Shown piece after piece: positions 20,455-30,537 of a stretch of DNA of 64,000 nucleotides (the first letter of the stretch is position 1; every line of letters begins with the position of its first letter). The translations under genes and the position numbers were made by a program. The notes beneath the pieces were generated by a model. That model did not search any database. It saw only the letters and a program-made list of their open reading frames with translations, and was not told the origin of the DNA. The stretch spans positions 42,515-106,514 of the forward strand of contig JAQXDE010000048.1 in assembly GCA_029251525.1 (NCBI GenBank), written 5' to 3'. This stretch comes from Saprospiraceae bacterium (lineage in GTDB: Bacteria > Bacteroidota > Bacteroidia > Chitinophagales > Saprospiraceae).

Positions 20455-20844
20455 TTAAAGTGAATCATCCACTTCATTTAACTCTTCTTCGTTAATGTCG
20501 CCAAACCACTTTGTCATTTGCTCACGTGCATTTTCCCGAACTTCATCATTGATATATCCAGCGATCAAAACTAGCCCAAAACTCAAAACTCCCAGGTCAT
20601 CTGTATAACCTAGAAATGGCGTCAAATCTGGAATACCGTCAATTGGTGAAAGGAAATATCCTAATGCACCCAAAACTACTCGTTTTGCCCAAGCAGGAGT
20701 ATCTGATCGTTTGAAGGCGTAATATAAAAGGAGTGCGGTATAAACTGTTTTTTGACCAGCTTGAATCGCATAGTTTTTTATCTTTTCCCAAAAGTTGAAT
20801 TCGGAAAATTTATCGGAGTATTTTTTAAATGGATTTTTCTTCAT
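20455..20844 (-). CDS. DUF1232 (YkvA-like) small membrane protein. The ORF is open to 20958, and the probable start is M39.
   Basis: Conserved YkvA/DUF1232 core ...ALLLYYAF...SPIDGIPDLTPFLGYTDDLGV... Confidence 0.55.
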   Translation of the reverse strand: MKKNPFKKYSDKFSEFNFWEKIKNYAIQAGQKTVYTALLLYYAFKRSDTPAWAKRVVLGALGYFLSPIDGIPDLTPFLGYTDDLGVLSFGLVLIAGYINDEVRENAREQMTKWFGDINEEELNEVDDSL

Positions 20845-21020
20845 TATTTGCTCTGTTTTTTGACTTACGTCAGTATTCGAGATTATTTTTAATTTAAGTT
20901 TAATAAAAAAAGGCACATCATTTTTTCGATAAAACCCACCAAAAAGAGGGTAGTCCACATCTTTTATTTAAGACGTCGTCGAAACTTACTACTACATTTT
21001 TCATCAAAAAACTTTTAATC

Positions 21021-21566
21021 ATGTTAGAAAAGAAACGACGTAAAAGCGAAAACAGTATCAACTCAGGTTCAATGGCAGACATTGCATTCCTATTATTAAT
21101 CTTCTTTTTGGTGACCATTCAAATTGTAGAGGATAAAGGAATATTAGTTTAACTTCCGAGATGGGAAGTGACATCTTCTGAGCCATATGAAGTTAATGAA
21201 AGGAATGTTTTAAATGTTTTAGTGAATGCGAAAAATGATTTGTTGATTGAAAATGAGTATGCTCTAGTTACTAATTTTAGAGAATGGGCGAAGTTATTTA
21301 TTTCCAATCCAACTAGTTCAATACTAATGCCTGAAAGTCCTGAGAATGCAATCATTTCACTTGAAAATGATTGCTCAACTTCTTACGAGATTTACATTGG
21401 AGTTTACAGTGAACTAAAAGCAGCTTATTCAGAATTGCGAGATGAAGAATCTCGAAGAGTTTTTAACAGACCTTTTTCAGAATTAGAAAAGGTAAAACAG
21501 AGGGAGGTAAAAAATAAAATCCCACTGATCATTTCAGATGCAAAACCATCAGATCATATTCAATAA
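21021..21566 (+). pseudogene. exbD: Biopolymer transport protein ExbD/TolR with an in-frame TAA at 21150-21152
   Basis: The N-terminal 43 codons (MLEKKRRKSENSINSGSMADIAFLLLIFFLVTIQIVEDKGILV) form the ExbD TM segment. A TAA follows, then the same frame continues (LPRWEV TSSEPYEVNERNVLNVLVNAKNDLLIENEY...) as the ExbD periplasmic domain. 21021 and 21168 fall in the same frame. No exbB or tonB lies adjacent. Confidence 0.65.
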
Positions 21567-21580
21567 AAATAAAAAATTGG

Positions 21581-21613
21581 ACATGAATTTAATTCCATGT
21601 CCAATTCTTTTTG
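21581..21613. terminator. Bidirectional hairpin terminator between exbD (+) and the cytochrome c peroxidase (-)
   Basis: TTGGACATG-N-CATGTCCAA palindrome flanked by an A-run on the 5' side and a T-run on the 3' side. Confidence 0.55.
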
Positions 21614-21628
21614 AGTAAAAACTCATGT

Positions 21629-22975
21629 CTAATCACATCCCAAATCAATTCTTGATTGAGAATCATTATTTGGAAAACAATTTCCAGAGAGAATATAAGC
21701 TGGTGCATATCTTTCCAAATCGGGATCGTATAATCCATTTTCCAAAAATGTCACTAGGTCATCAATATCACTTTCACTCATTCCAAGTGGTGAAAAAATT
21801 GGAGGAATTTGACTTGCTGGAACATTCACATTTTCGGGAACCGCATTATTAAAATATTCAACCACTTCTTTTAAAGTCGTCTTACTGCTTCCATGAAAAT
21901 AGAAAGGAGTATCTTTTAAGTTATACAATTGAGGAACTTTAAACTTGTGCATGTCCTCTGGGTTTCCCGTAAATCCTCCACGACCTAAATTTCGAGAATC
22001 ATCAATAGATGTATTAAAAACATCTGTTCCACATTGATATAAATCTTTTACACCAACGGAATAAAATGTCATTGAATTTAGTGAGGGGCTACTGTGGCAA
22101 GTTGCACATTTTGCATCACCAAAGAAAAGCATAGCACCCCGTTTTTCTTGTTCTGTTAGGGCATCTCGATTTCCCTTTAAGTAATCCTGGAATGGTGCTT
22201 TGTTGGTTATCAAAGTCCTTAAATAAGCTGCAATGGCAAAACTTGCAGTTATATCAGAATATCTTTCTTCTTCTGGAAAATCACTAAATGCAGATTCGAA
22301 ATAGGGTAAATACCCTAAATCTGTAATTAAATCTTTATTGACCACCATTCGATGCAAATGTAAACTTTCAATGTTTTGAGTTTCTAAGCCTCCATAACCT
22401 AGGTAATTAGAAATAGTTCCATTTTCTTCCTTCCATACAGCTTCTGTTCCTTCGTTGACACCCCCACCTCCGAATTGTCCATTCCATAAAGCATTGGTCA
22501 CATAAGCTGCATTTAGCATACTTAATGGTCTTGCACCTTGTGCATCTATTAGTTCAGGCGTATATAACTCACTCATCATTCGAGACTCTCCATTTACTCC
22601 AAAACCAACACCACCTTCACCAATTCCTTGTATTCGACCTGATTTAAAACCAGCAGAAGGAATATGACAACTACCGCATGAGTAGGTTCCTTTACCAATA
22701 TCTTGCATGGGTGCAAGTCCAAGTCCAGTTTCAAAAAAGAGGAATTTACCTAATGCTACTTTTACAGGAGTGATTGGGTTTTCAGGTGAGGTAGGAATTG
22801 AATTGTAGTCGTTACTTTTGGGAAGTATAAAATGATCGAGTTCTCCACTTAGAGAAAACTTCTTTATCGCATTTTCAAGTAGAATATCATTCTGGGTAGC
22901 GAGCTCTACCTTGTCGCTCCGACAAGAAGAAATCCCTAGTATCAGTATAATTATTCCAAGTATAAGTTTATTCAT
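21629..22975 (-). CDS. Di-haem cytochrome c peroxidase (CCP/MauG family), lipoprotein
   Basis: Two CxxCH haem motifs (CGSCH, CATCH). Lipoprotein signal (LGISSCRSD). 448 aa. Confidence 0.8.
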   Translation of the reverse strand: MNKLILGIIILILGISSCRSDKVELATQNDILLENAIKKFSLSGELDHFILPKSNDYNSIPTSPENPITPVKVALGKFLFFETGLGLAPMQDIGKGTYSCGSCHIPSAGFKSGRIQGIGEGGVGFGVNGESRMMSELYTPELIDAQGARPLSMLNAAYVTNALWNGQFGGGGVNEGTEAVWKEENGTISNYLGYGGLETQNIESLHLHRMVVNKDLITDLGYLPYFESAFSDFPEEERYSDITASFAIAAYLRTLITNKAPFQDYLKGNRDALTEQEKRGAMLFFGDAKCATCHSSPSLNSMTFYSVGVKDLYQCGTDVFNTSIDDSRNLGRGGFTGNPEDMHKFKVPQLYNLKDTPFYFHGSSKTTLKEVVEYFNNAVPENVNVPASQIPPIFSPLGMSESDIDDLVTFLENGLYDPDLERYAPAYILSGNCFPNNDSQSRIDLGCD

Positions 22976-23332
22976 TGTTCACGGGAATTAAAAGAAAGTA
23001 TCAGTCGTTTTTGGTAAAAAGCATGAGCTTGATTTAGTTTTTTATATTTAAAAATGCTTGAAAACGGAGGGATGCAAACCTGTTAAATTTAATTAATCAA
23101 ATATATGATTATTCTAGTCGATTAACAATATACCGAAAGCGGTATTTTAAAGATTGGAAAAAAGAGTTATACGCCCTTGAACTCTTAGTTAATCAAAGTT
23201 ATATTGTTAAGTAAAAATATACATATAAAATATCTTAAGGCCTATTTTTTGTTAAAAAACATTAAAATATTAATAATATGTAAATAAAATGACTTTTAGA
23301 TGGTATTTGTCAATGTTTTATGGTTTTTTTAC

Positions 23333-23377
23333 AAAAAGAGCCGACTTTCATCTACTTGAAAATCGGCTCTTTTTTAA
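23333..23377. terminator. Hairpin terminator after sucB (palindromic, flanked by an A-run and a T-run)
   Basis: AAAAAGAGCCGA-N-TCGGCTCTTTTTT. Confidence 0.6.
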
Positions 23378-23390
23378 GTAATGATAATTT

Positions 23391-24623
23391 TTATAGATCC
23401 ATTAGGAGTGTAACAGGGTCTTCTAATAGATTTTTTACTTTCACTAAAAATGTAACTGAGGTACTTCCATCAATAACTCTATGATCGTAAGAAAGTGCTA
23501 AATACATCATTGGACGAATTTTAACTTCTCCATCGACTGCCATTGGTCGTTGTTGGATAGTGTGCATTCCAAGGATAGCAGATTGTGGTTCATTTAAAAT
23601 TGGAGTACTCATCATTGAACCAAAAATACCTCCATTTGTAATTGCAAAAGTTCCACCTTTCATTTCATCTAAAGTCAAACTACCGTCCCTTGCTTTTTTT
23701 GCCAATTCTTTAATAGCTGATTCGATTTCATGAAATTTCAAAGATTCTACATTTTTCACAGGAGGTACAACTAGTCCTGTTGGTGTAGAAATCGCGATTG
23801 AAATATCCGCAAAATCATGATAAATAATTTCATTTGTATCAGTATCAATTTGGGCATTTACGTCTGGCATTTCCATCAAAACCTTTGCACAAGCTTTTGA
23901 AAATAAAGACATAAAACCTAGTTTAATTCCGTATTTTTCAACAAACCGTTCTTGATATTTTTTTCTCAATTTCATTACCTCTGTCAAATCTACTTCATTA
24001 AAAGTAGTTAGCATAGCGGTATTATTTTTAGCGGAAACCAGTCGTGATGCAATTGTTCTCCGCATTCTGCTCATTTTTTTACGAGAAGTTTCTCGACTAA
24101 AGTTAGCAGTTGGAGTTGGAGAAGGAGATTCAGTTTTTACAATAGTTGCGAGTGCGCTAGTTTTAGCGGCAACTACTTTTTGAGCATCTTCTTTTGTTAT
24201 TCTGCCATCTACGCCCGATCCATTCACTTGATTTATGGTTACACCATTTTCTTTTAAAATTTTGTCAGCAGCAGGAGATGGATGTCCTGAGGCATAAGTT
24301 ACGGAGGCAGGAACTGGATCCTCCTTCTTTACTTCTTTCGCAGGAGTAGTAGTCGCGGGAGGTGACGAATCCACGGGAGCAGCAACACTTGTATCGATTT
24401 TGGCAACCAACGCCCCTATTTCTAAATCGTCATCCTCGGAAGCTACATAAATTAATTTCCCGGCAGCTTCCGCAGGAAACTCTAAAGTTGCTTTATCTGA
24501 TTCAAATTCACAAATTGGCTCATCCAGTTTCACATAATCTCCATTACCTTTCAACCATTGAGAAAGCGTTACTTCGTTTACAGATTCCCCAATAACAGGG
24601 ACTTTCATTTCAACAATACTCAT
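23391..24623 (-). CDS. sucB: 2-oxoglutarate dehydrogenase E2 component (dihydrolipoyllysine-residue succinyltransferase)
   Basis: Lipoyl domain (ESDKATLEF). Pro/Ala/Thr linker. Peripheral-subunit-binding domain ([12 protein letters not shown]). Catalytic domain ending [33 protein letters not shown], which closely matches the SucB C-terminus. Confidence 0.8.
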   Translation of the reverse strand: MSIVEMKVPVIGESVNEVTLSQWLKGNGDYVKLDEPICEFESDKATLEFPAEAAGKLIYVASEDDDLEIGALVAKIDTSVAAPVDSSPPATTTPAKEVKKEDPVPASVTYASGHPSPAADKILKENGVTINQVNGSGVDGRITKEDAQKVVAAKTSALATIVKTESPSPTPTANFSRETSRKKMSRMRRTIASRLVSAKNNTAMLTTFNEVDLTEVMKLRKKYQERFVEKYGIKLGFMSLFSKACAKVLMEMPDVNAQIDTDTNEIIYHDFADISIAISTPTGLVVPPVKNVESLKFHEIESAIKELAKKARDGSLTLDEMKGGTFAITNGGIFGSMMSTPILNEPQSAILGMHTIQQRPMAVDGEVKIRPMMYLALSYDHRVIDGSTSVTFLVKVKNLLEDPVTLLMDL

Positions 24624-24843
24624 ATTCTAGTTTTTTATAGTAGGTATTTTTTTCGCAAAAATAATCAATTAAATGGTTAACGGAAGGGAAAAAGGAAAGT
24701 TTACAAAATGAGTATTCATATTTTATTTATTAATAATTCTTTTATTTTTCGTATTAAATTTCTTTGAAATAAGAAAATGGAACGAAATTCGATTTAAAAG
24801 AAAAAAAACCGTTATTTAGATATAAAATTGATTTTTTATTTAG

Positions 24844-25587
24844 ATGAAAATAATTCAAATCACCGACTTACATATTGATAAGGAAAATGAGTATCCTTTT
24901 AATATCGATGTTCGTAGAAACTTTCAAAGAATTTTGCGGGCTGCTCGTCAGGCTAAAGTTGACCATTTGGTGATTTCGGGTGATTTGTGCTATGATATTG
25001 GAGATGTGGAAATTTACGAATGGATTAGAGAACAATTGGATTTGACCAGAATTTCTTATGATGTGATAGGTGGAAATCACGATGATACTATGTTAATGTC
25101 GGAGATTTTTGGACTGCAACATTTGGTTACGAAAAATGAATTATATTTTGCTAAGAAATTAGGCAAAGCTACTTGTCTTTTTTTAGATTCTTCAAGAGGA
25201 TTTCATTCTGAGAATCAACTCAAATGGTTAGATCGACAACTAAAAAATGGTAATGATAATTTTGTGATTTTTACACATCATCCGCCGGTAAAAGCTGATG
25301 TCAAATTTATGGATACTAAATACGCATTACAAAATATTTCAGAGATTCAAGAAGTTCTTTTTGGTTATCGAGGGTTTGTTAATATTTTTTGTGGCCATTT
25401 TCATGTTGAAAAATCTATTCAGAGAGATAATATTTTAGTTCAAATCACACCTTCCACCTTTTATCAGTTAGATCAAAGTTCCTTAGACTTTAAAGTAGAT
25501 CACCACAGTATCGCTTACCGCTTGATTGATATTTCTAATCAGTCGATAAAAACTTCAGTTAAATATTTCCGAGGATCAAAAAAGTAA
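24844..25587 (+). CDS. Calcineurin-like metallophosphoesterase (CpdA/Icc-type phosphodiesterase)
   Basis: Motifs GDLCYD, GGNHDD, HHPP and GHFHV are the conserved metal-binding blocks of class III PDE / metallophosphatases. Confidence 0.65.
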   Translation: MKIIQITDLHIDKENEYPFNIDVRRNFQRILRAARQAKVDHLVISGDLCYDIGDVEIYEWIREQLDLTRISYDVIGGNHDDTMLMSEIFGLQHLVTKNELYFAKKLGKATCLFLDSSRGFHSENQLKWLDRQLKNGNDNFVIFTHHPPVKADVKFMDTKYALQNISEIQEVLFGYRGFVNIFCGHFHVEKSIQRDNILVQITPSTFYQLDQSSLDFKVDHHSIAYRLIDISNQSIKTSVKYFRGSKK

Positions 25588-25661
25588 AATAAAAAATCAG
25601 ATTTTGATTCATTGATTTTTTGTCGTTTTTTACAAACTGTAAGAAACAACTTCTATATTTT

Positions 25662-26186
25662 ATGAAAAACCATCTTCAAAATTTTATCAATTTCGTTGAC
25701 ACAGTTAATGAAAACATTGGGAAAACTACTTCTTGGTTAGTGGGTGTTTTAGTGATACTTGTATGTGGTAGAGTCCTAGGGAGAATGTTATTTGATAGCG
25801 AACCAGTTTGGTTACCTGAATTGGAATGGCATTTATTTGCGATGATATTTTTGTTAGCAGCAGGGTATACTTTAAAATATGATAAGCATGTACGAGTAGA
25901 CTTGTTTTATGCTGATTTTTCGGAAAAAGATAAAGCTTTGGTCAATCTTACAGGTGCATTGTTGTTTTTGATTCCTTGGTGTTGTTTGATTATTTGGGTT
26001 TCGTATGATTATGCTTTAGGATCATTTAAGATATTGGAAAGTTCACCAAATCCAAATGGATTGCCGTATCGATTTGTGGTGAAGTTTGCTATTACGATTG
26101 GTGCATGTTTACTGTTATTACAAGCTTTAGCGATGGTAGCAAGTTCTCTTTTAACTTTAAAATATAAAGTTGTGAGAGAAAATTAA
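25662..26186 (+). CDS. dctQ: TRAP transporter small permease (DctQ family). The ORF is open from 25620.
   Basis: About 175 aa with 4 TM helices, immediately upstream of dctM. Typical DctQ architecture. Confidence 0.65.
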   Translation: MKNHLQNFINFVDTVNENIGKTTSWLVGVLVILVCGRVLGRMLFDSEPVWLPELEWHLFAMIFLLAAGYTLKYDKHVRVDLFYADFSEKDKALVNLTGALLFLIPWCCLIIWVSYDYALGSFKILESSPNPNGLPYRFVVKFAITIGACLLLLQALAMVASSLLTLKYKVVREN

Positions 26187-26210
26187 ACCTCAATAAAACG
26201 AAAAACAGAA

Positions 26211-27509
26211 ATGGAATATTTAGCAATTATACTTTTCATTAGCATCTTTTTACTGATACTTTATGGATTCCCGGTGGCATTTACTTTAGGAGGGATTTCA
26301 ACTATTTATGCCTTATGTTTTTTAGATCCATCAGACTTTTCAATGTTGCCATCTAGGATCATGGGGACAATGACAAATGTAGTGTTGTTAGCAGTTCCCC
26401 TCTTCGTTTTTATGGGTATTATGTTGGAGAAATCTGGACTTGCGGAAAGTTTACTCGAAACAATGGCTATGCTTTTCGGAAAAATGAAAGGTGGATTAGC
26501 TATTTCGGTTGTAGTTGTAGGTGCATTGTTAGCTGCCTCAACTGGCATTGTTGGAGCGACGGTAATAACGATGGGATTGATTAGTTTACCAACAATGTTG
26601 AATAGAGGTTACTCGCCAGAGTTATCAACAGGAACGATTGCTGCATCGGGAACATTAGGACAAATCATACCACCATCCGTTGTTTTAGTTTTGTTGGGTG
26701 ATATGTTGGGCGTGACAGTAGGAGATTTATTTAAAGCAGCGTTATTGCCTGGGTTCTTGTTGGTGCTTTGCTATGTTATTTATATTGCAATTTTTGCCCA
26801 TTTTAATCCTCAAAAAGCACCTAGTATTCCTGAAGTAGAAATTGCAGAATTTAAGAGGGAAGGTTTTTATGGAAGAATAATTAAGGCATTTTTGCTACCA
26901 TTTTTTTTAATTGTTGCGGTGTTAGGTTCTATTTTGTTTGGATTTGCGACACCAACAGAAGCAGCAGCAATTGGTGCTATGGGGGCAACAATTTTGACTG
27001 TTTCTCAGAGGAAATTTAATTTAAAAATACTGAATGAAGTGATGCGAGAGACCACGCATTTGACAACTATGGTTTTCATCATTTTACTAGGGGCTACGAC
27101 TTTTACTTTTGTTTTCAGAGAATTAGGTGGAGATACTTATTTGATAAACCTAATTCAAGAATCGGATTTATCACCCAATATGTTCTTATTTATAGTGATG
27201 CTAGTAGTTTTTGTGGCGGGCTTTTTTATTGACTTTATTGAGATTATTTTTATTATCGTTCCTGTGGTAGCACCTATTTTTGAAATCTATGATATGAATT
27301 TGATTTGGATTGGAATCTTGTTGGCGTTGAACTTGCAGACTTCATTTTTGTCGCCACCGTTTGGATTTTCATTATTTTATTTGAAAGGAGTTGCACCCCC
27401 CGAGATTACAACCGCACATTTATATAAAGGGATAATTCCATTTGTGATTATTCAGTTAGTGTTTTTATTTTTAGTTATCATGTTTCCGAAGTTGGTGTTT
27501 TTGATTTGA
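26211..27509 (+). CDS. dctM: TRAP transporter large permease (DctM family)
   Basis: 432 aa, 12 or more TM helices, and the DctM motif region GxxxGxxLGQIIPPS. Confidence 0.8.
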   Translation: MEYLAIILFISIFLLILYGFPVAFTLGGISTIYALCFLDPSDFSMLPSRIMGTMTNVVLLAVPLFVFMGIMLEKSGLAESLLETMAMLFGKMKGGLAISVVVVGALLAASTGIVGATVITMGLISLPTMLNRGYSPELSTGTIAASGTLGQIIPPSVVLVLLGDMLGVTVGDLFKAALLPGFLLVLCYVIYIAIFAHFNPQKAPSIPEVEIAEFKREGFYGRIIKAFLLPFFLIVAVLGSILFGFATPTEAAAIGAMGATILTVSQRKFNLKILNEVMRETTHLTTMVFIILLGATTFTFVFRELGGDTYLINLIQESDLSPNMFLFIVMLVVFVAGFFIDFIEIIFIIVPVVAPIFEIYDMNLIWIGILLALNLQTSFLSPPFGFSLFYLKGVAPPEITTAHLYKGIIPFVIIQLVFLFLVIMFPKLVFLI

Positions 27510-27518
27510 GTATTAAGT

Positions 27519-28235
27519 TTAGTCTCTAACTTTAATTTTATATCTACCATCAGATTCCACTGCGATGAAAGATAATTTTCTATTTTCTTCAAAATCATCG
27601 AAAACTGTTTTTAGATTTTCCCAAAAAGGAAAGTGTTCAGAATCTTTATTTAAGTTTTCTCTAAATTTTTTAGTTGGAAAGATATGAATCGGAATTTTTT
27701 CGCCTTCTTTTTTTGCTTCCATTGCAAGCAAATATAATTCTTGTATTTTATCATTTGTAAGTGGAATACAACCCTTAGTTTGGCAGCCGCCATGTACGTA
27801 AATATTACTCCCTGGATTAATAGGGTCACTTAATATTTTGTCAGAGTCATTTGGGTAATTTAATTTTAGTGAAAGTAAAAAATTACTCTTAGGGTTAAAG
27901 TGACTAATATGATAAAATCCCTCTGGGATTTGTCCATCACCTTCCATTCGTTTTGGACCTAGCTGTCCAGAATTTTTACAAAAGTCATAAGTTGTTAATA
28001 ATTGATAGGTGAGGTCTTTTTCTTTTTTTATCCAAACTTCTAAAAGTTCTTCTTTTTTTAAAGCTCGTAAAAATAGGTTGTAATCGAAAGAGTTGAATCC
28101 TTTTGATATCAAAAGGGTTTTGATATAATTTTTTTTCGCCTCATATGCATTACGGACTCGTTCAAAACGGAATTGCTCTTTTCGAAAAGCACTATCAGAT
28201 TTTCCTTCCCAGTTTTCTATACTGATGTTATCCAA
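27519..28235 (-). CDS. YafK-like L,D-transpeptidase catalytic-domain family protein (tentative)
   Basis: 238 aa. The segment YVHGGCQTKGCIPLTND resembles the YkuD catalytic HG...GCI motif. No signal peptide is evident. Confidence 0.4.
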   Translation of the reverse strand: MDNISIENWEGKSDSAFRKEQFRFERVRNAYEAKKNYIKTLLISKGFNSFDYNLFLRALKKEELLEVWIKKEKDLTYQLLTTYDFCKNSGQLGPKRMEGDGQIPEGFYHISHFNPKSNFLLSLKLNYPNDSDKILSDPINPGSNIYVHGGCQTKGCIPLTNDKIQELYLLAMEAKKEGEKIPIHIFPTKKFRENLNKDSEHFPFWENLKTVFDDFEENRKLSFIAVESDGRYKIKVRD

Positions 28236-28341
28236 GGTGGTTTTTCTTTTTTTAATAAAAATGAATAGTTAAATAACGCTATCGCTGATAAAAACATAAA
28301 AGGTAAGAATACCTTTTTTTATATCGATTCATAGCTGATTC

Positions 28342-29460
28342 TTAAATTTGAATTTTATTATAAAAAACTTTCTCCGTTAACTTTGACCATTCTGTCGCAT
28401 CTGATCTAAATTTATTGTAAGATTCATAAACCCTTTTTGCAAAAGGATCTGCAGCAGTTACCTCAACCAAGACTTCGTCAGTATATTTTTTTAATTCATC
28501 CAAAACCTCTTGTGGGAATACTCGCAATTCTGCATCTGACTCTTCCAATATTTTTTTTAGATAAGAGGTATTTTTTGCTTCCAACTCGGAAAGCATCCAC
28601 ATGTTTAGTCGGAAAGCAGCTGTTCTTAAAATAGCTTGTAAATCAATAGGTAATTCATTGAATTTTTCTTTGTTAAAAAACATTTCAAGGACTGTTCCTG
28701 CCTCATGCCATCCAGGAGAATAATAATATTTAGCAATCTGATGAAAGCCCATTATATAATCATGATAGGGCCCAATCCATTCTGTTGCATCAATTACTCC
28801 ACGCTCTAAACTTGTATATAATTCACCTCCAGCGATTAAAATTGGATTTCCACCAGCCTTAGCTAAAACTTTTCCACCAAGTCCCGGCATCCTCATTTTT
28901 AGACCTTCTAGATCAGCTACTGAATTAATCTCTTTATTGAACCATCCACCCATTTGTACGCCCGAATTTCCTGCGGGTACAGGGATTAAATTAAATTTAT
29001 CGTACAACTCCTCCCATAATTCCAACCCACCTCCACTAATTAGCCAAGAATTCATTTGTTGAGCATTCATTCCAAATGGAACTGACGCGAAAAATTGTGC
29101 AGAGGAGGCAATTCCTGCCCAATAATAAGCAGACCCATGGCCAATTTCAGCAGCGCCACTACTCACAGCATTAAAGATTTCCAAAGGAGGAACCAACTCG
29201 CCACCACCATAAACTTTAATTACCATTCGACCCCCTGACATCTCATTGACCCACTTGGCGAAGAGTTCGCAACCTTCTCCTAAAACCGGAAAGTTGGGAG
29301 GCCATGTTGTGACCATTTTCCATTTATATTTTTTTCCAGAGACAGAAGTTGTTGATGAATTTTGAGCTATGTTTTCATTGGTACAGCCTCTCAATGCAAA
29401 AGGTAATGAAATGATTCCGAGAGCAGCACCTTTGAAAAAATCTTTTCGATTGAGTTTCAT
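28342..29460 (-). CDS. dctP: TRAP transporter substrate-binding protein (DctP family) with a Tat-like signal. The ORF is open to 29490.
   Basis: RKDFFKGAALGII signal peptide. The conserved DctP core ...WKMVTTWPPNFPVLGEG... and GGWF are present. Confidence 0.75.
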   Translation of the reverse strand: MKLNRKDFFKGAALGIISLPFALRGCTNENIAQNSSTTSVSGKKYKWKMVTTWPPNFPVLGEGCELFAKWVNEMSGGRMVIKVYGGGELVPPLEIFNAVSSGAAEIGHGSAYYWAGIASSAQFFASVPFGMNAQQMNSWLISGGGLELWEELYDKFNLIPVPAGNSGVQMGGWFNKEINSVADLEGLKMRMPGLGGKVLAKAGGNPILIAGGELYTSLERGVIDATEWIGPYHDYIMGFHQIAKYYYSPGWHEAGTVLEMFFNKEKFNELPIDLQAILRTAAFRLNMWMLSELEAKNTSYLKKILEESDAELRVFPQEVLDELKKYTDEVLVEVTAADPFAKRVYESYNKFRSDATEWSKLTEKVFYNKIQI

Positions 29461-29657
29461 GATTTTATTTTTTAATTGTAAAAATAGCAATTAATCTTAT
29501 TGTAGTAATTTGAATTGGATTTTTGAAAAAATATTATCCTGATTTTATTTTAATAAGGGGTTGATATTCAATGTTTTAACGGGATTTTTAAAAATACTTT
29601 AGAAGGTAGGAAAACCAAATTATACGAATAAACATTTAATATAAAATCAAATGTATT

Positions 29658-30240
29658 ATTGGTGATGATGAAGTTCTAAGTCGTAGCTTGCTCCAATATT
29701 TGTGTGAGGAATATTTTTGAAGGATTGGAGATAGTTTGGATAGGCTAATTTAGTAAGTGGAACCAAAAAACTAATTTTGAAAAAGAATTTGATTTAGTGT
29801 TTCTGGATATTAGGATGCCTTTGGAAAGGGAAATTGAATTACTTGATTTTTATTTTGAAGTTATTTTTTCCACAGCCTGTGATGAAAATGCGGTAGAAGT
29901 TTTCAATTGGCACCATTTATTTATTGCTGAAACCAACTAGAACAGATTAATTAAGGTGATTGAATATGTTAAAATTAAAGGAATCACTTTACTAAACCTG
30001 AGAAATTTAAACTTCTTCAAGAGTTATTATCTGGACAAAAAATCGAAAAGATAGCCTTGAACATGGCAGATGGTTTTACCTTTGTTAATAATAAAGATAT
30101 TATTTGATGTGAATTGGAAAGTTTTTATACAATCTTGTTTTTGAAATGTGAAATATTTCATCTCATTATAATGACTAAGGTATTTTGAATCACTATCAAC
30201 AGAGATTATTTTTTCTGAATTCATAAATCTTATTTAGTTA
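29658..30240 (+). pseudogene. Degraded LytTR-type response regulator. The receiver domain is broken by a stop and a frameshift, and a possible LytTR remnant follows.
   Basis: Frame 0 reads IGDDEVLSRSLLQYLCEEYF*. Frame +1 reads ...EKEFDLVFLDIRMPLEREIELLDFYFEVIFSTACDENAVEVF..., carrying the phospho-acceptor DLVFLDIRMP and the beta4 VIFSTA motifs. No start codon or intact ORF is present. The extent beyond 29941 is uncertain. Confidence 0.5.
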
Positions 30241-30537
30241 ATTTACACTTGATCAGAAAATTTATCAAACCAGGGAGGGGCAGCTTGCGGAAACATAAAT
30301 CGAAATTTCCTCTCGTAAAAGGGAAGAATTGTTAAATATACCTTCTTTTTTGAAGTAAATTTTTCAATCAACCAAAGTTAGTCATTACGTTTGCCGAGAA
30401 ATGAAAGAGATTTGTCGAGATATCATGATTTTTATTTACAATAAAGCTAGTTTTATAGAGAAAGGTTACCTGTGAGTTACTATAGAGAAATTCTTCCATA
30501 AAACTTAAAAGTCAACTAATCAAAAAAAAATAGAAAA

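Noticed and set aside
14988-21152. Stop-codon reassignment (TAG or TAA as sense) as an explanation for the in-frame stops
   Set aside because: TAA, TAG and TGA all terminate the large majority of well-conserved genes in the window at positions co-linear with homologues. The lesions are therefore nonsense mutations or errors.
20918-21355. ORFs 20918..21118 (-) and 21149..21355 (-) overlapping the exbD region
   Set aside because: Antisense to the clearly recognisable ExbD reading frame.
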